The notes: generated by a model from the letters alone, not told the origin. Positions 7,706 to 17,903 are shown, counted from the first letter of the stretch. The stretch is DNA of 64,000 nt from Roseateles sp. (GCF_047654805.1 NZ_JASGIV010000001.1:5217259-5281258), one strand, 5' to 3'. A program made the numbers and translations.

Positions 7706-9651
7706 GCTGCTTCCGCTTCGGTGAAGCCCTTGAACTTGCCCTTCTTCAGGTGCACCAGCAGCAGCGAGATCGCGGCGGGTGTGATGCCGGAGATGCGCGA
7801 GGCCTGGCCCAGGGTCTCGGGCCGGTGGGTATTCAGCTTCTGGCGCGCTTCGAAGGAGAGGGCATGCACAAGGCTGTAGTCCAGATCCTCCGGCAGCCTC
7901 AGGTGCTCGAAGTGGGCGGCCCGGGCGACATCGTCGATCTGCTTGTTGATGTAGCCGGCGTACTTGATGCTGATCTCGACCTGCTCGGCGACAAGGTCCG
8001 CCAGACCACGGCCCAGCTCGGCGACCAGGGTTTCACGTGAAACGCCAACGTCGGGTCGTGCAATCGAAGCAACCTCGGCCACCGTGTCGAAGCCTACCCC
8101 CGGCCTGCGCAGCAGGTCGGCCAAGCTGTATTCACGCTCCAGCGCCTTGCCGACGAGGCGCTCGGCGTCAGCCGCCGGCAGGATGCCGGGATGCACCCAG
8201 GTACTCTTCAGCTTCTCGGTTTCACGTGAAACAGCATCGCGCTTGCGGTTGAAGGCGGTCCAGCGCTCGTCGTCCACCAGGCCCAGCAGGCGGCCTGTCT
8301 CGGTCAGCCGCGCATCCGCGTTGTCCTCGCGCAGCTGTAGCCGGAACTCGGCGCGGCTGGTGAACATGCGGTAGGGTTCGGTCACGCCCTTGGTGATGAG
8401 GTCGTCCACCAGCACGCCCAGGTAGGCCTGGTCGCGGGCCGGCGTCCACGGGCCGTCGCCGCGCACCTGCAGCGCGGCGTTCAGGCCGGCGAACAGGCCT
8501 TGCGCCGCCGCCTCCTCATAGCCCGTCGTGCCGTTGATCTGGCCGGCGAAGAACAGGCCCTGGATCACCTTGGTCTCGAAGTTGGCCTTCAGTCCGCGCG
8601 GATCGAAGTAGTCGTACTCGATGGCATAGCCGGGACGCAGAATGTCGGCGTTCTCCAGTCCGGGGATGCTGCGCACGGCGGCGAGCTGGATGTCGAAGGG
8701 CAGCGAGGTGGAGATGCCATTCGGATAGAACTCGTGCGTCGTCAGGCCTTCGGGCTCCAGAAAGATCTGGTGCGAGTCCTTGTCAGCGAAGCGGTTGACC
8801 TTGTCCTCGATGCTGGGGCAGTAGCGGGGGCCTACGCCCTCGATGACGCCGGTGAACATGGGGCTGCGGTCAAAGCCGCTGCGGATGATCTCGTGCGTAC
8901 GGGCATTGGTGTGCGTGATCCAGCACGGCACCTGCTGTGGGTGCATGGCCGTGTTGCCGATGAAGCTGAACACGGGCACCGGATCGAGGTCGCCCGGCTG
9001 CGCCTCGCACTTGGAAAAGTCGATGGTTCGGCCATCGATGCGTGGTGGCGTGCCCGTTTTCAGGCGCCCCTGCGGCAACTTCAGCTCCTTCAGCCGCGCC
9101 GACAGCGACACGGCCGGCGGGTCGCCAGCGCGGCCGGCGCTGTAGTTCTCCAGGCCGACGTGGATGCGGCCGTCCAGGAAGGTGCCTGCCGTCAGCACGA
9201 CGGCACGGGCACGGAAACGGATGCCGGCCTGTGTGATGGCGCCGACAACCCGGTCGCCGTCCACCATCAGGTCATCCACGGCCTGCTGGAACAGCATCAA
9301 GTTGGGCTGGTTCTCCAGCCGGCGGCGGATGGCGGCCTTGTACAGGATACGGTCGGCCTGCGCGCGCGTGGCGCGCACGGCCGGGCCCTTGCTGCCATTG
9401 AGGATGCGGAACTGGATGCCGCCCTCGTCGGTGGCCAGCGCCATCGCGCCGCCCAGTGCATCGACTTCCTTGACGAGGTGGCCCTTGCCAATGCCGCCGA
9501 TGCTCGGGTTGCAGCTCATCTGGCCCAGGGTCTCGATGTTGTGGGTCAGCAGCAGTGTCTGCGCGCCCATGCGCGCGGCCGCGAGCGCCGCCTCAGTGCC
9601 GGCATGGCCGCCACCGACGACGATGACATCGAATTCCTTGGGGTAGAGCAT
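7702..9651 (-). CDS. mnmG: tRNA uridine-5-carboxymethylaminomethyl synthesis enzyme MnmG (GidA)
   Basis: 649 aa. N-terminal FAD motif [22 protein letters not shown]. The sequence is full-length and highly characteristic of GidA throughout. Confidence 0.97.
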   Translation of the reverse strand: MLYPKEFDVIVVGGGHAGTEAALAAARMGAQTLLLTHNIETLGQMSCNPSIGGIGKGHLVKEVDALGGAMALATDEGGIQFRILNGSKGPAVRATRAQADRILYKAAIRRRLENQPNLMLFQQAVDDLMVDGDRVVGAITQAGIRFRARAVVLTAGTFLDGRIHVGLENYSAGRAGDPPAVSLSARLKELKLPQGRLKTGTPPRIDGRTIDFSKCEAQPGDLDPVPVFSFIGNTAMHPQQVPCWITHTNARTHEIIRSGFDRSPMFTGVIEGVGPRYCPSIEDKVNRFADKDSHQIFLEPEGLTTHEFYPNGISTSLPFDIQLAAVRSIPGLENADILRPGYAIEYDYFDPRGLKANFETKVIQGLFFAGQINGTTGYEEAAAQGLFAGLNAALQVRGDGPWTPARDQAYLGVLVDDLITKGVTEPYRMFTSRAEFRLQLREDNADARLTETGRLLGLVDDERWTAFNRKRDAVSRETEKLKSTWVHPGILPAADAERLVGKALEREYSLADLLRRPGVGFDTVAEVASIARPDVGVSRETLVAELGRGLADLVAEQVEISIKYAGYINKQIDDVARAAHFEHLRLPEDLDYSLVHALSFEARQKLNTHRPETLGQASRISGITPAAISLLLVHLKKGKFKGFTEAEAA

Positions 9652-9717
9652 CTCGGTCCTGAAAGAACGTACAGCCTGCGCGAGCGCTGGGGCAAACCCC
9701 GAATTTTACGAAGCGGC

Positions 9718-9726
9718 TGTGGATAA
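9718..9726 (-). promoter_or_regulatory. perfect DnaA-box consensus (TTATCCACA on the minus strand)
   Basis: TGTGGATAA reads on the plus strand at 9718-9726, in the 115-bp mnmG / ykgJ-like intergenic region. I saw only one copy. Confidence 0.5.
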
Positions 9727-9766
9727 GTCACCCCGTCCGACATGGCGGCGCAGGGACAATTCGCCG

Positions 9767-10033
9767 ATGGAATGCCGTCCCCGCTGCGCCGCCTGCTGCA
9801 TCGCTCCGTCGATCAGCTCGCCCATCCCCGGCCACCCGAACGGCAAGCCTGCGGGCGTGCGCTGTACGCAGCTGGACGACGAGGATCGCTGCCGCATCTT
9901 CGGCCGACCCGAGCGTCCGGCCGTCTGCGGCTCGCTGCAACCCAGCGACATCATGTGCGGCGACAGCCGCGAGCAGGCGATGCGCTGGCTGGGCTGGATG
10001 GAGCGCGAGACCGCGCCGTCTCAGCTTGGCTGA
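9767..10033 (+). CDS. YkgJ-family cysteine-cluster protein (UPF0153-like)
   Basis: 88 aa from ATG9767 ([18 protein letters not shown]...[25 protein letters not shown]). This is the CxxCxxCC plus distal Cys pattern of the YkgJ/Fe-S-zinc cluster family. Confidence 0.7.
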   Translation: MECRPRCAACCIAPSISSPIPGHPNGKPAGVRCTQLDDEDRCRIFGRPERPAVCGSLQPSDIMCGDSREQAMRWLGWMERETAPSQLG

Positions 10034-10239
10034 GGCTGGGAGGGGCGGCCCAAGCGCGCCCGCCAGGCCCGGGCGCGCGGGTGGTCCCAGTATTTGTCGA
10101 AGAAGTAGTGCAGCACCGTGTTGGCCAGCGGTTCGATGAAGGTGACCGCGCCGGCCACGCTGAGGCTGCCGGTCAGCGCATAGGTGACGCTGAACGAGGT
10201 GCCGAGGTGGAGAACGCCGAAGCTGACGGTCTTGGCCAT
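10021..10239 (-). CDS. small membrane protein, DUF2061-like
   Basis: 72 aa with two hydrophobic helices ([21 protein letters not shown] / [23 protein letters not shown]). Its 3' end overlaps the convergent gene by 13 nt. Confidence 0.6.
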   Translation of the reverse strand: MAKTVSFGVLHLGTSFSVTYALTGSLSVAGAVTFIEPLANTVLHYFFDKYWDHPRARAWRARLGRPSQPQPS

Positions 10240-10350
10240 GGCTGATCTATCGACAAGAAGGCTTGGATAGTCAAATGCTAATCATTCTTGCCGCCGCGGG
10301 CCAATCACTTGCCTCAATCGCCGTGATGGGCGTTTAGGCTTCGCAGGATC

Positions 10351-10842
10351 ATGACGCCACAGAGCATGCCGTTGCCACCCACCAGCCTGCTGGCCCGGCT
10401 CGCTCGCGATCGTGGAGCCTTCGCCGATGCCTATGCGTTGCAGCTTCCGCGGACCGTGACGCTGGCCGAGTTCGTCGAGGCCTTCTATACGACGCGGCTC
10501 TTCAAGGCGGAGCGTGTGCTGCTGCGTCTGTTCGGCAAGCCGTCTACCGATGCGATGGCGCGGGCGGTGGCACGCGGCGAGGGCCCCCGACTGGCGATTT
10601 GGACCGTCGAGGCCCGCGAGGGCGACGAGTTGCTGATGCACGAGGACAGTGGTGCCACGCGCTCCTGGTTCCGGGCCGAATCCGGCGCGGGCGGCACGAC
10701 GCTGTGGTTCGGTTCCGCCGTTCTGCCACGCCGGCGCGTGGCCGGTGGCGAGCCCCGCTTTGGCGTCGTCTTCCATGCCCTGCTGGGGTTCCACCGCTGG
10801 TACTCGCGGGCACTGCTGACCGCGGCGGCCCGGCAGCTCTAG
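10351..10842 (+). CDS. conserved hypothetical protein
   Basis: 163 aa with high GC3. I recognise no catalytic motif. It overlaps the convergent lipoprotein gene by 4 nt. Confidence 0.6.
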   Translation: MTPQSMPLPPTSLLARLARDRGAFADAYALQLPRTVTLAEFVEAFYTTRLFKAERVLLRLFGKPSTDAMARAVARGEGPRLAIWTVEAREGDELLMHEDSGATRSWFRAESGAGGTTLWFGSAVLPRRRVAGGEPRFGVVFHALLGFHRWYSRALLTAAARQL

Positions 10843-11330
10843 GACCTGGTGCCCTTGCCGGTGATCCTGTCGGTTACCGGCTGCTTTGTGTCGCGGTCCT
10901 CGATCCACGCTTCGCAGGCCTCGGGCGCGATGCGCCCCGACACGCGGTAGGCCTTGCCCGCCTCTGGCGTGAAGGCCACCTCCCCCTGCACGCGGCAGGT
11001 TGGGCTGGTCATGGCGAGGATGGGGGCGGCGTACTGCGTCATGGCCTGCAGCTGCACGCGGGCCGGCCGCAACGGCAGCTCGTTGGTCAGCGCCACAGGA
11101 GATACGGCAAAGCCGCGACCCTGGTTGGCACTCACCGTGGCCCGGCTGGTGGTGGACAGGCGGCGCCCGTCCACCTGCGTCATCTCGAAGACGTGCAGCA
11201 GCCGGTCGTTGACCTGCTGGGCCTGGTCGGCCACGTTGACCGTGGGGCCGTCGTATCCGGGCGGCGTGGCGGCCTCGAAGCTCGCGCAGCCGGCGAGGGC
11301 CAGCGTGGCGGCCAGCGCCAGGGCTTTCAT
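10839..11330 (-). CDS. lipoprotein of unknown function (last gene of the hydrolase/ABC-2 operon)
   Basis: 163 aa from ATG11330. The lipobox is MKALALAATLALAGC. ATGA overlap with the upstream permease. Confidence 0.7.
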   Translation of the reverse strand: MKALALAATLALAGCASFEAATPPGYDGPTVNVADQAQQVNDRLLHVFEMTQVDGRRLSTTSRATVSANQGRGFAVSPVALTNELPLRPARVQLQAMTQYAAPILAMTSPTCRVQGEVAFTPEAGKAYRVSGRIAPEACEAWIEDRDTKQPVTDRITGKGTRS

Positions 11331-12505
11331 CGTGCCACCGCCGCACGCATCGAACGCGCCACGTACATCAGCGCCACGGCCGCCAGCGCGAAGCCGACGA
11401 CAACGCCGGGCAGCACTTGACTCCAGCGCAGCGCCTCGCCCTTGAGCACCGCCAGCATCAGCGTGTTCTGCGCCAGCCCCGGCACCCACAGATACCAGGG
11501 AGCATCGCCGCCAGGGTTGAGCAGGCTGACCATGGGCATCAGGCTGACGGCGGTAACGACCAGCGTGCTGCCGGCCTGCGCCTCCTTGAAGGTCTTGGAG
11601 CGTATGGCCAGCGCCATCAGCAGCGCCGACAGGCCGGCTGCCAGCGGGATCTGCAGCAGCCAGAAGGCCAGCACCTCGCCAGGCCCGAACTGGAACATGG
11701 CCTGCAGGCTGTCGCTTCGCAGCAGCCACTGCGCCGGCACGAAGCTCAGCGAGGACAGCAGGGCCACGGCCATGCCCAGCAGCGCGACGGCGCCCCACTT
11801 GCCGGCCACGATGGCGCCGTGCGGCGCGGGGTTCATCAACAGCGGCTCCAGCGAGCCGCGCTCGCGCTCGCCGGCCGTGCTGTCCAGTGCTGCGGTCAGC
11901 GCGCCATAGAGCACAGCCATGATGATGAACATCGGGATCATGGCCGTCAGCCGCGACGCACGGGCCTGGGCGTTGGCGAGGTCGCGCTCTGAGACGTCGA
12001 TGGGCTCAAGCAGCTCGGTGGAGACGCCGCGCAGGGCAAGGCTCAGCGTCGCGCGTTCCTGGCTGAAGCCGCGCAGCAGGCCGCGCAGCGCACCAGCGCC
12101 GGCGCTGGCCCGTTGGTTGGCGCTGTCCGTCACCAGCTCGACGACGGGCGATTCGCCATGCAGCAGCTTCTTCTCGAAGTCCGCCGGGATCACAAGCAGG
12201 GGCGCGAAGATCTTGCCCCGGCGCAGTGCAGCCTCGTAGTCCTCGCGCATCTTGGCATTCCCAAGCGTGATGACGGTGTAGGTCTGCCGCTGGATGAAGT
12301 TGACCAGCGAGGGTCCGTTCTGCGTGCCGTACACGACCACTGTGCGCTTCTCGGCCTGGGTCTCGAGCGATGCGATCAGGCTCGACAAGGCCATCAGCAG
12401 CAGCGGACCCATCAGCAGGGCGGGGATCAGCAAGCGCAGCAGGGTGCGGCGGTCGCGCAGCGCATCGGAGAGTTCCTTCGCGAAAACGATCAGGGCCTGT
12501 TTCAT
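11327..12505 (-). CDS. ABC-2-type transporter permease (NatB-like)
   Basis: 392 aa with one N-terminal TM, a large loop, then about five C-terminal TMs, which is the ABC-2/NatB topology. ATGA overlap with the ATPase gene. Confidence 0.85.
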   Translation of the reverse strand: MKQALIVFAKELSDALRDRRTLLRLLIPALLMGPLLLMALSSLIASLETQAEKRTVVVYGTQNGPSLVNFIQRQTYTVITLGNAKMREDYEAALRRGKIFAPLLVIPADFEKKLLHGESPVVELVTDSANQRASAGAGALRGLLRGFSQERATLSLALRGVSTELLEPIDVSERDLANAQARASRLTAMIPMFIIMAVLYGALTAALDSTAGERERGSLEPLLMNPAPHGAIVAGKWGAVALLGMAVALLSSLSFVPAQWLLRSDSLQAMFQFGPGEVLAFWLLQIPLAAGLSALLMALAIRSKTFKEAQAGSTLVVTAVSLMPMVSLLNPGGDAPWYLWVPGLAQNTLMLAVLKGEALRWSQVLPGVVVGFALAAVALMYVARSMRAAVAR

Positions 12506-13284
12506 GCGGCCACCTCTTCAGGGAATGCGAGTTTCACGAAAGCGTCCTCGAACCGGGCCTCGCCGGCCTGTTCCAGCAGGCCGGTCACGCTGCCATGGGC
12601 CACGCTGCGGCCCTTGGACACGACGACGACCTCGTCGCAGAGCTGTTCCACCTCCTGCATGATGTGCGTGGAGAAGACGATGCATTTGCCCCCGCCCTCG
12701 GCGCTGCGCAGCCAGCGCAGCGCCTCGCGCAGTGCACGCGTGGCCAGCACGTCCAGGCCGTTGGTGGGCTCGTCCAGCACGATGTTGGCGGGGTCGTGGA
12801 CCAGTGCGCGGGCGAGCGCCGTCTTCATGCGCTCGCCCTGGCTGAAGCCCTCGGCACGGCGGTCCAGGATGGCCTGCATCTCCAGCAGCCGGGCCAGTTC
12901 TTCGGCACGGGCGTTGGCGGCCTCGGGTGTCATGCCCTGCAGCCGACCGTAGTAGACGATGTTCTCGCGGGCGCTGAGGCGCGGATACAGGCCATGAGCG
13001 TCGCCGAGGATGCCCATGCGGGCGAGGGCCTTCAGCGGGGCGTCCTTCACGGCCAGGCCGTCGACCGTGATACGGCCGGCGTCCGGAGGGAAGAGCCCGC
13101 CCAGCATGCGCAGCGTGGTCGTCTTGCCCGCGCCGTTGGCACCCAGCAGGCCGGTGATGCGGCCGTCCTCGGCCCGCAGGCTCACGCCCTGCACGGCATG
13201 GACCACGCGCTTGCTGCCGCGCTTGAACAGGCTGCCTCCGGTCTGTGCCGTGAACTGCTTGTGAACGTCCTGGATGTCGATCAT
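12502..13284 (-). CDS. ABC transporter ATP-binding protein (NatA-like)
   Basis: Walker A GLLGANGAGKTTTLRML, signature FSQGERMKTALARAL, Walker B IVLDEPTNGLD. Confidence 0.92.
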   Translation of the reverse strand: MIDIQDVHKQFTAQTGGSLFKRGSKRVVHAVQGVSLRAEDGRITGLLGANGAGKTTTLRMLGGLFPPDAGRITVDGLAVKDAPLKALARMGILGDAHGLYPRLSARENIVYYGRLQGMTPEAANARAEELARLLEMQAILDRRAEGFSQGERMKTALARALVHDPANIVLDEPTNGLDVLATRALREALRWLRSAEGGGKCIVFSTHIMQEVEQLCDEVVVVSKGRSVAHGSVTGLLEQAGEARFEDAFVKLAFPEEVAA

Positions 13285-14756
13285 TGGGCCGTCCCTCCCT
13301 GGACGGGTTGGAACGCGGGGGGGCGTGGGATGCGGATCGCGCAGGCGGCGTCGTCCATGAGGGTCTTGGGCAGGGCGGTGGCGTCGGTCTTGGCGTCTAT
13401 GAACCGGAACATCAGGTCGCGCACGCAGCCCAAGGCCATGACGCCGTGGCCCGCCTCGGGCACGACGAGATGCTGCACGCGCTCCGGATGGCCGGCCCCC
13501 AGGGCCTGGGCGACACGTTCGCCATGGCGCGTCGGCGTGGCCGGGTCGGCACCGCCGCTCATCACCAGCACCGGGCTGGGTGCGGGCGGGACCTTGTAGA
13601 AGTCCGTCGGCACATCACCGCGCGGCCAGGTCTTGCAGACGCTGCTGTACATCTGTGCGTCCACGGCCTGGAAGTCGGCGCCGGGCGCGTCCTTGGCGCC
13701 CGCGAGGCGGGGCACGTCCTCCGCGCATATGACAGAGAAATGCATGCCCATGGCCAGGCGCGTTGCCGGGCTGCTGCCGAAGGCCGTGCTCAGCCCGAAC
13801 AGGCCGGTGAAGTTGCCGTCCACCGCGGCCGCATGGATGGCGGCGGGCAGGGCGGCGCCCAGCGAGGGCTGGTACAGCGGCACGCGCACGGTGCGTAGCA
13901 GCAGCTCGCGGGTCACCGTGAAGCGCTCGGGCACGCCGGTCAACGGCTGGGGCACGACCACCTCGCGGGGCAGTGAGGCGAGCAGTTTCTGCCAGTCGGC
14001 CCGCAGTTGGGGCCGGGTCTTCGCATGGGCCTCGAAGAGCTTGTCCAGCGCGGCCTGGCCGTCAGTGGAGAAGCTGGCCGGCAGCACCATGTCCGGTGGC
14101 GCCACGCCGTCGATGACGGTGCGTCGCACCTTGCTCGGGAACTGGCGCAGGTATTCCAGTGCGGCGCGTGTGCCGTAGCTGCCGCCGACGAGGTTCCACT
14201 GCGGCACGCCCAGGGCCTCGCGCACGGCCTCCATGTCCTGCATGGCGATGGTGGTCGTGAAGAAGCGCAGGCCGCCTTCCTTGCCATAGGGCAGCTTCTC
14301 CAGCGCCGAGCGGCATGCGTCCAGGCGGCGCAGCTGCGCCGCGCCGTCGATCTGCTCAGTGAGGGGCAACTGGCTGTCATCGGGGCATTCCAGCGGCGCG
14401 GACTGGCCTGTGCCGCGTTGATCGATGAAGACCAGATCGCGCCGGTTGTTCAGCCGCGAGAGCCGGGGCAGCATGTGCGGCGCGATCTTGATCGCGCTCT
14501 GGCCGGGCCCGCCGGCCAGCATCAGCACGGCGTCGGGCTGCTTGTTGCGCGCCATCGCCGGCACGACGAGGTAGTGGATGTCGACCTGGGCGCCGTCCGG
14601 CCGGGCCGGGTCTAGCGGGCGCTGCAGGCTGCCGCAACGCACCTCGGTGGGGATGCCGACAACGCGACAGGGCTTGAGCGGCTCGGCCTGCGCGACATTG
14701 CCGAGGCCCATCAGCAGGACTGGAAGAAGGAGAAGGCGCTGCCTGGATTCGCGCAT
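13281..14756 (-). CDS. secreted alpha/beta hydrolase (TAP-like/prolyl-aminopeptidase-type)
   Basis: 491 aa. Signal peptide LLLLPVLLMGLGNVAQA, nucleophile elbow LVGGSYGT, and a C-terminal ...VPEAGHGV His region. Confidence 0.85.
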   Translation of the reverse strand: MRESRQRLLLLPVLLMGLGNVAQAEPLKPCRVVGIPTEVRCGSLQRPLDPARPDGAQVDIHYLVVPAMARNKQPDAVLMLAGGPGQSAIKIAPHMLPRLSRLNNRRDLVFIDQRGTGQSAPLECPDDSQLPLTEQIDGAAQLRRLDACRSALEKLPYGKEGGLRFFTTTIAMQDMEAVREALGVPQWNLVGGSYGTRAALEYLRQFPSKVRRTVIDGVAPPDMVLPASFSTDGQAALDKLFEAHAKTRPQLRADWQKLLASLPREVVVPQPLTGVPERFTVTRELLLRTVRVPLYQPSLGAALPAAIHAAAVDGNFTGLFGLSTAFGSSPATRLAMGMHFSVICAEDVPRLAGAKDAPGADFQAVDAQMYSSVCKTWPRGDVPTDFYKVPPAPSPVLVMSGGADPATPTRHGERVAQALGAGHPERVQHLVVPEAGHGVMALGCVRDLMFRFIDAKTDATALPKTLMDDAACAIRIPRPPAFQPVQGGTAQ

Positions 14757-14956
14757 GCCGGGTCCGGGTTGTTGAAACGGCCCGCAGTATGGCGCCCACC
14801 CCTGGGCGAGATGGCGGCTCGCAGGATGAATGGCGGGGTCCGCAGCATGAATGGCAGCGGGGACTGTCCGAGGAGCGAAGACCTGTCCCGGGCAGGGATT
14901 TGGTGCGGTCGCTTAGCCTCGCGGCCCCGTCATTCGAACCTTCCCTGGAGACGCCC

Positions 14957-15565
14957 TTGAAGCTCTACTACAGCCCCGTTGCCTGCTCGCTGTCGCCCCA
15001 CATCGTGCTGGAGGAAGCCGGCCTGCCCTACGAGGCCGTGCTGGCCAGTACCAAGACCCACAAGCTGCAGGACGGCACCGACTACTACTCGATCAATCCC
15101 AAGGGCTATGTGCCGCTGCTCGAACTCGACAACGGCGAGCGGCTTTCCGAGGGGCCGGTCATCGTGCAGTACATCGCCGACCAGGTGCCCGGCCGCGGCC
15201 TGATCCCGCCTGCCGGCACGCTGGCCCGCTACCGCGTGCAGGAGTGGCTGAACTTCATCACCAGCGAGCTGCACAAGGGCTTCTCGCCGCTGTTCAACCC
15301 GGCAGTGCCTGAGGAGGCAAAGACGCTGTTCCGTGCCAAGCTGGTCGAGCGCTTCACGTGGGTGGACGGCCAACTGGCGGGCAAGCCCTATCTGATGGGC
15401 GAGGCCTTCTGCGTGGCCGACGCCTACCTGTTCACGGTGGCCAACTGGAGCCAGTTCGTCGGTGTGGACATCGCCGGCCTGGCCCAGCTGGGCGCCTTCA
15501 TGGAGCGGGTGCGCCAGCGCCCCGCCGTGCAGGCCGCGATGAAGGCCGAGGGCCTGATCAAGTAA
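14957..15565 (+). CDS. glutathione S-transferase (GstA-like, beta class)
   Basis: TTG14957 gives (M)KLYYSPVACSLSPHIVLEEAGLPYE..., collinear with enterobacterial GstA N-termini. GGAG lies 6 nt upstream. The track ORF's upstream extension has no support. Confidence 0.85.
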   Translation: MKLYYSPVACSLSPHIVLEEAGLPYEAVLASTKTHKLQDGTDYYSINPKGYVPLLELDNGERLSEGPVIVQYIADQVPGRGLIPPAGTLARYRVQEWLNFITSELHKGFSPLFNPAVPEEAKTLFRAKLVERFTWVDGQLAGKPYLMGEAFCVADAYLFTVANWSQFVGVDIAGLAQLGAFMERVRQRPAVQAAMKAEGLIK

Positions 15566-17099
15566 GCAGGGCGCGGCAGGCCGAGCGTGCCTTGGCGTCG
15601 CTCGCGTCCAGCTTTCCGCACACGCCGTCGAGCTGGGCCTTGAGCCGGCCGACGGCGGCGGTCTGCGCCGGCGTCTGGCCCCACTTCGCCAGCAGGCCGG
15701 TCACCTTCTTCAGCGAGCGCTCGCTGCGCTCGTAGAAGGCGCCGGGATCCTTGGCGGCCTCAGCGAAGAGTTGCGAAGCAGCCTTCTCGATGCGGGGCGT
15801 GTCCTCCGGTGCCAGCTCTACCAGCGCGCTGAAATAGTTCGAGCCCCATTGCAGCCGCGTGGCCGGGCCCTCGCTCTTGTCGAAGGCCTCCTCGTACCAG
15901 CGCAGCGCGTCAGCCTTCTTTCCCTGCTTCTTCGCGTTGCCGCCCAACTGGCTCATCAGGTAGTAGGGTGAGTGGCTGCGCGCCAGCGCGGACTTCAGCA
16001 GCTCGTCACTTTCCTTCCACAACCCGGCACGGCCCAGCAGGTAGGCGGCGCCGGTGACGACGGCCTGGCGCTCATAGCCGTCGGTGATCTCGCGGTTGGC
16101 CTTGCTGGCCTGATCGCGCGCCTCGCTCAGCAGTGCGGCGGGGATTCCCTTGGGCTGCGGATCGTCCTTGGCGGAGTCCAGGCGGGCCAGATCGATGCGG
16201 CCCTGCAGCGCGTTGAGGCGGTCGGCGCGCGACAGCGAGGCATCCTCGTTGAGGCGCTTCAGCGCGGCGTCGAACTCGGTGACCAGCGCATTGCGTGTCG
16301 CGCCGGGCTGGGGCGCGAAGGCCTTGGCGAGGTCGGGGGCCTCGTTCGTCAGCACGTCCATCTGCGCGCGCGACTGGGCGGCATCGGCCAGCACGGCGCG
16401 CAGGCGCGGCAACTGGGCCGGATCGGCGACCTTGCCGTCTGCCATCGCGCCAATGGACTTCAGCCACAGCCGCGTCGTCGTTTCGGCGTCTCCTCCTTCG
16501 CTGGCCTTGGCCAGCTGGGCGAGCGTCGCTGCGCGCTCGGCCATGGGCAGCAGTTGCTGCTCGTCGGTTTCCCAGCCATAGAAGCCCAGCAGCCTCCATT
16601 CGTTGGCGCTGAGTTTTTTGCCGGCCCTGGCGTCGGCCAGCACGGCCTTGACCGGGCGGCCGCTGGACAGGCCCAGCTGCAGCACCTTCATGACCTGGGC
16701 CGCGTCGGCCTCGCCGGGCAGGCGGGTGACCTCGCTGCCGTTGGGGTTGAACAGGATCAGCGTCGGGTAGCCGCGCACCTTGAAGCGCGTACCCAGCTTC
16801 TGGGCGCCGGGCGCGTCGCCGTCAATGCCCACCGCGACGAAGGACTTGCTCTGCTCGATGAAGTCCGCGCGGTTGAACAGCGTGGCCTTGAGCTGGTTGC
16901 AGGGCGGGCACCATTTGGCGCCCCAGTACAGCAGCACGGGCTTCTTCTCGACCCGGGCCTGGGCGAAATAGCGGTCGATGTCGGCGTCGGCGGCGGCAGC
17001 CTGCCAGCTCACGCCGGGGCCGGGCCCGGCGTGAGCCGCGGGTGCGCTGGACAGCAGCAGGGCGGCCGCGATGGCGGCGAACAGGGGGGAGAGCTTCAT
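15558..17099 (-). CDS. periplasmic thioredoxin-domain protein with a long helical C-terminal region
   Basis: 513 aa from ATG17099. Signal peptide MKLSPLFAAIAAALLLSSAPAAHA, redox motif WGAKWCPPCNQL, then about 380 aa of helical repeat-like sequence. Confidence 0.8.
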   Translation of the reverse strand: MKLSPLFAAIAAALLLSSAPAAHAGPGPGVSWQAAAADADIDRYFAQARVEKKPVLLYWGAKWCPPCNQLKATLFNRADFIEQSKSFVAVGIDGDAPGAQKLGTRFKVRGYPTLILFNPNGSEVTRLPGEADAAQVMKVLQLGLSSGRPVKAVLADARAGKKLSANEWRLLGFYGWETDEQQLLPMAERAATLAQLAKASEGGDAETTTRLWLKSIGAMADGKVADPAQLPRLRAVLADAAQSRAQMDVLTNEAPDLAKAFAPQPGATRNALVTEFDAALKRLNEDASLSRADRLNALQGRIDLARLDSAKDDPQPKGIPAALLSEARDQASKANREITDGYERQAVVTGAAYLLGRAGLWKESDELLKSALARSHSPYYLMSQLGGNAKKQGKKADALRWYEEAFDKSEGPATRLQWGSNYFSALVELAPEDTPRIEKAASQLFAEAAKDPGAFYERSERSLKKVTGLLAKWGQTPAQTAAVGRLKAQLDGVCGKLDASDAKARSACRALLT

Positions 17100-17171
17100 C
17101 GTGTGAAGAGGACCAGGCGCTCGTGGCGGAGTCCGGATTCTGCGTCGCCCGCGCCACTGCAGAATCTGCGC

Positions 17172-17849
17172 ATGCCGAATAAGCTCAATCGGCGCCTGGA
17201 TGAGGCGCTCCAGGCGCTGCGTTCGCAGGCCCGGCCCGACCAGCTTGATGCCATGGCCCGCTTCGGCCTGACCGGTGACGGCCGCCTGGGCCTGGCCGTG
17301 CCGACGCTGCGCACCCTGGCCCGCCAGCTGGGGCGCGACCATGAGCTGGCGCTGGCACTTTGGGACAGCGGCATTCCCGACGCGCAGATCCTCGCCGGCA
17401 TGGTGGCCGAACCGGCCAAGCTGACCATGGCGCAGATGGACCATTGGGTGGCCGGCATGCGCGCCTGGGACGTTTGTGACCAGGCCTGTCTCAACGCGTT
17501 CGTGAAGAGTCCGCTGGCATGGGACGCCATCATGCGCTGGGCGGCGCGCGAACCCGAGTTCGAGAAGCGTGCCGGCTTTGCGCTGCTTGCCGTGGTCGCG
17601 GTGCACCAGAAGACACGGCCGGATGCCGACTTCCTGGCCCGCCTGCCGCTCATCGAGGCCGCGGCGGGCGATGACCGCAACTTCGTCAGGAAGGCCGTCA
17701 ACTGGGCGCTGCGTCAGATCGGCAAGCGCAGTACCAGCCTGTGTGAGCAAGCGCTCGCTGTGGCAGAGCACCTGTGTCAGCGTAACGAGAAATCAGCACG
17801 CTGGATAGGTAACGACGCGCGGCGCGAGCTGAACCGACGTGCGGCGTGA
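17172..17849 (+). CDS. DNA alkylation repair protein (AlkC/AlkD-like HEAT-repeat family)
   Basis: 225 aa from ATG17172. Only the last third of the 625-aa track ORF looks real. It resembles the 'DNA alkylation repair enzyme' family (...EKRAGFALLAVVAVH...FVRKAVNWALRQIGKR). Confidence 0.8.
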   Translation: MPNKLNRRLDEALQALRSQARPDQLDAMARFGLTGDGRLGLAVPTLRTLARQLGRDHELALALWDSGIPDAQILAGMVAEPAKLTMAQMDHWVAGMRAWDVCDQACLNAFVKSPLAWDAIMRWAAREPEFEKRAGFALLAVVAVHQKTRPDADFLARLPLIEAAAGDDRNFVRKAVNWALRQIGKRSTSLCEQALAVAEHLCQRNEKSARWIGNDARRELNRRAA

Positions 17850-17856
17850 GCCGGGC

Positions 17857-17903
17857 GGGGCTGCGGGGCATCGGGAAGACAGGCTTCGCCGCCCCCCTTT
17901 TTT
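17857..17903 (+). terminator. rho-independent terminator after the alkylation-repair gene
   Basis: GGGGCTGCG (17857-65) pairs with CGCCGCCCC (17887-95) with one mismatch, followed by CCTTTTTT. Confidence 0.6.

Noticed and set aside
8500-9726. 408-aa plus-strand ORF
   Set aside because: It is antisense to mnmG and has a shadow-ORF composition.
9652-9766. Replication origin next to gidA
   Set aside because: Only one DnaA box is visible. There is no AT-rich unwinding element or box cluster, and the spacer is only 115 bp.
15972-17171. N-terminal 400 aa of the 625-aa plus-strand ORF 15972-17849
   Set aside because: This part is antisense to the thioredoxin-domain gene and has a low-complexity composition. 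Only the segment from ATG17172 resembles a real protein (DNA alkylation repair family).
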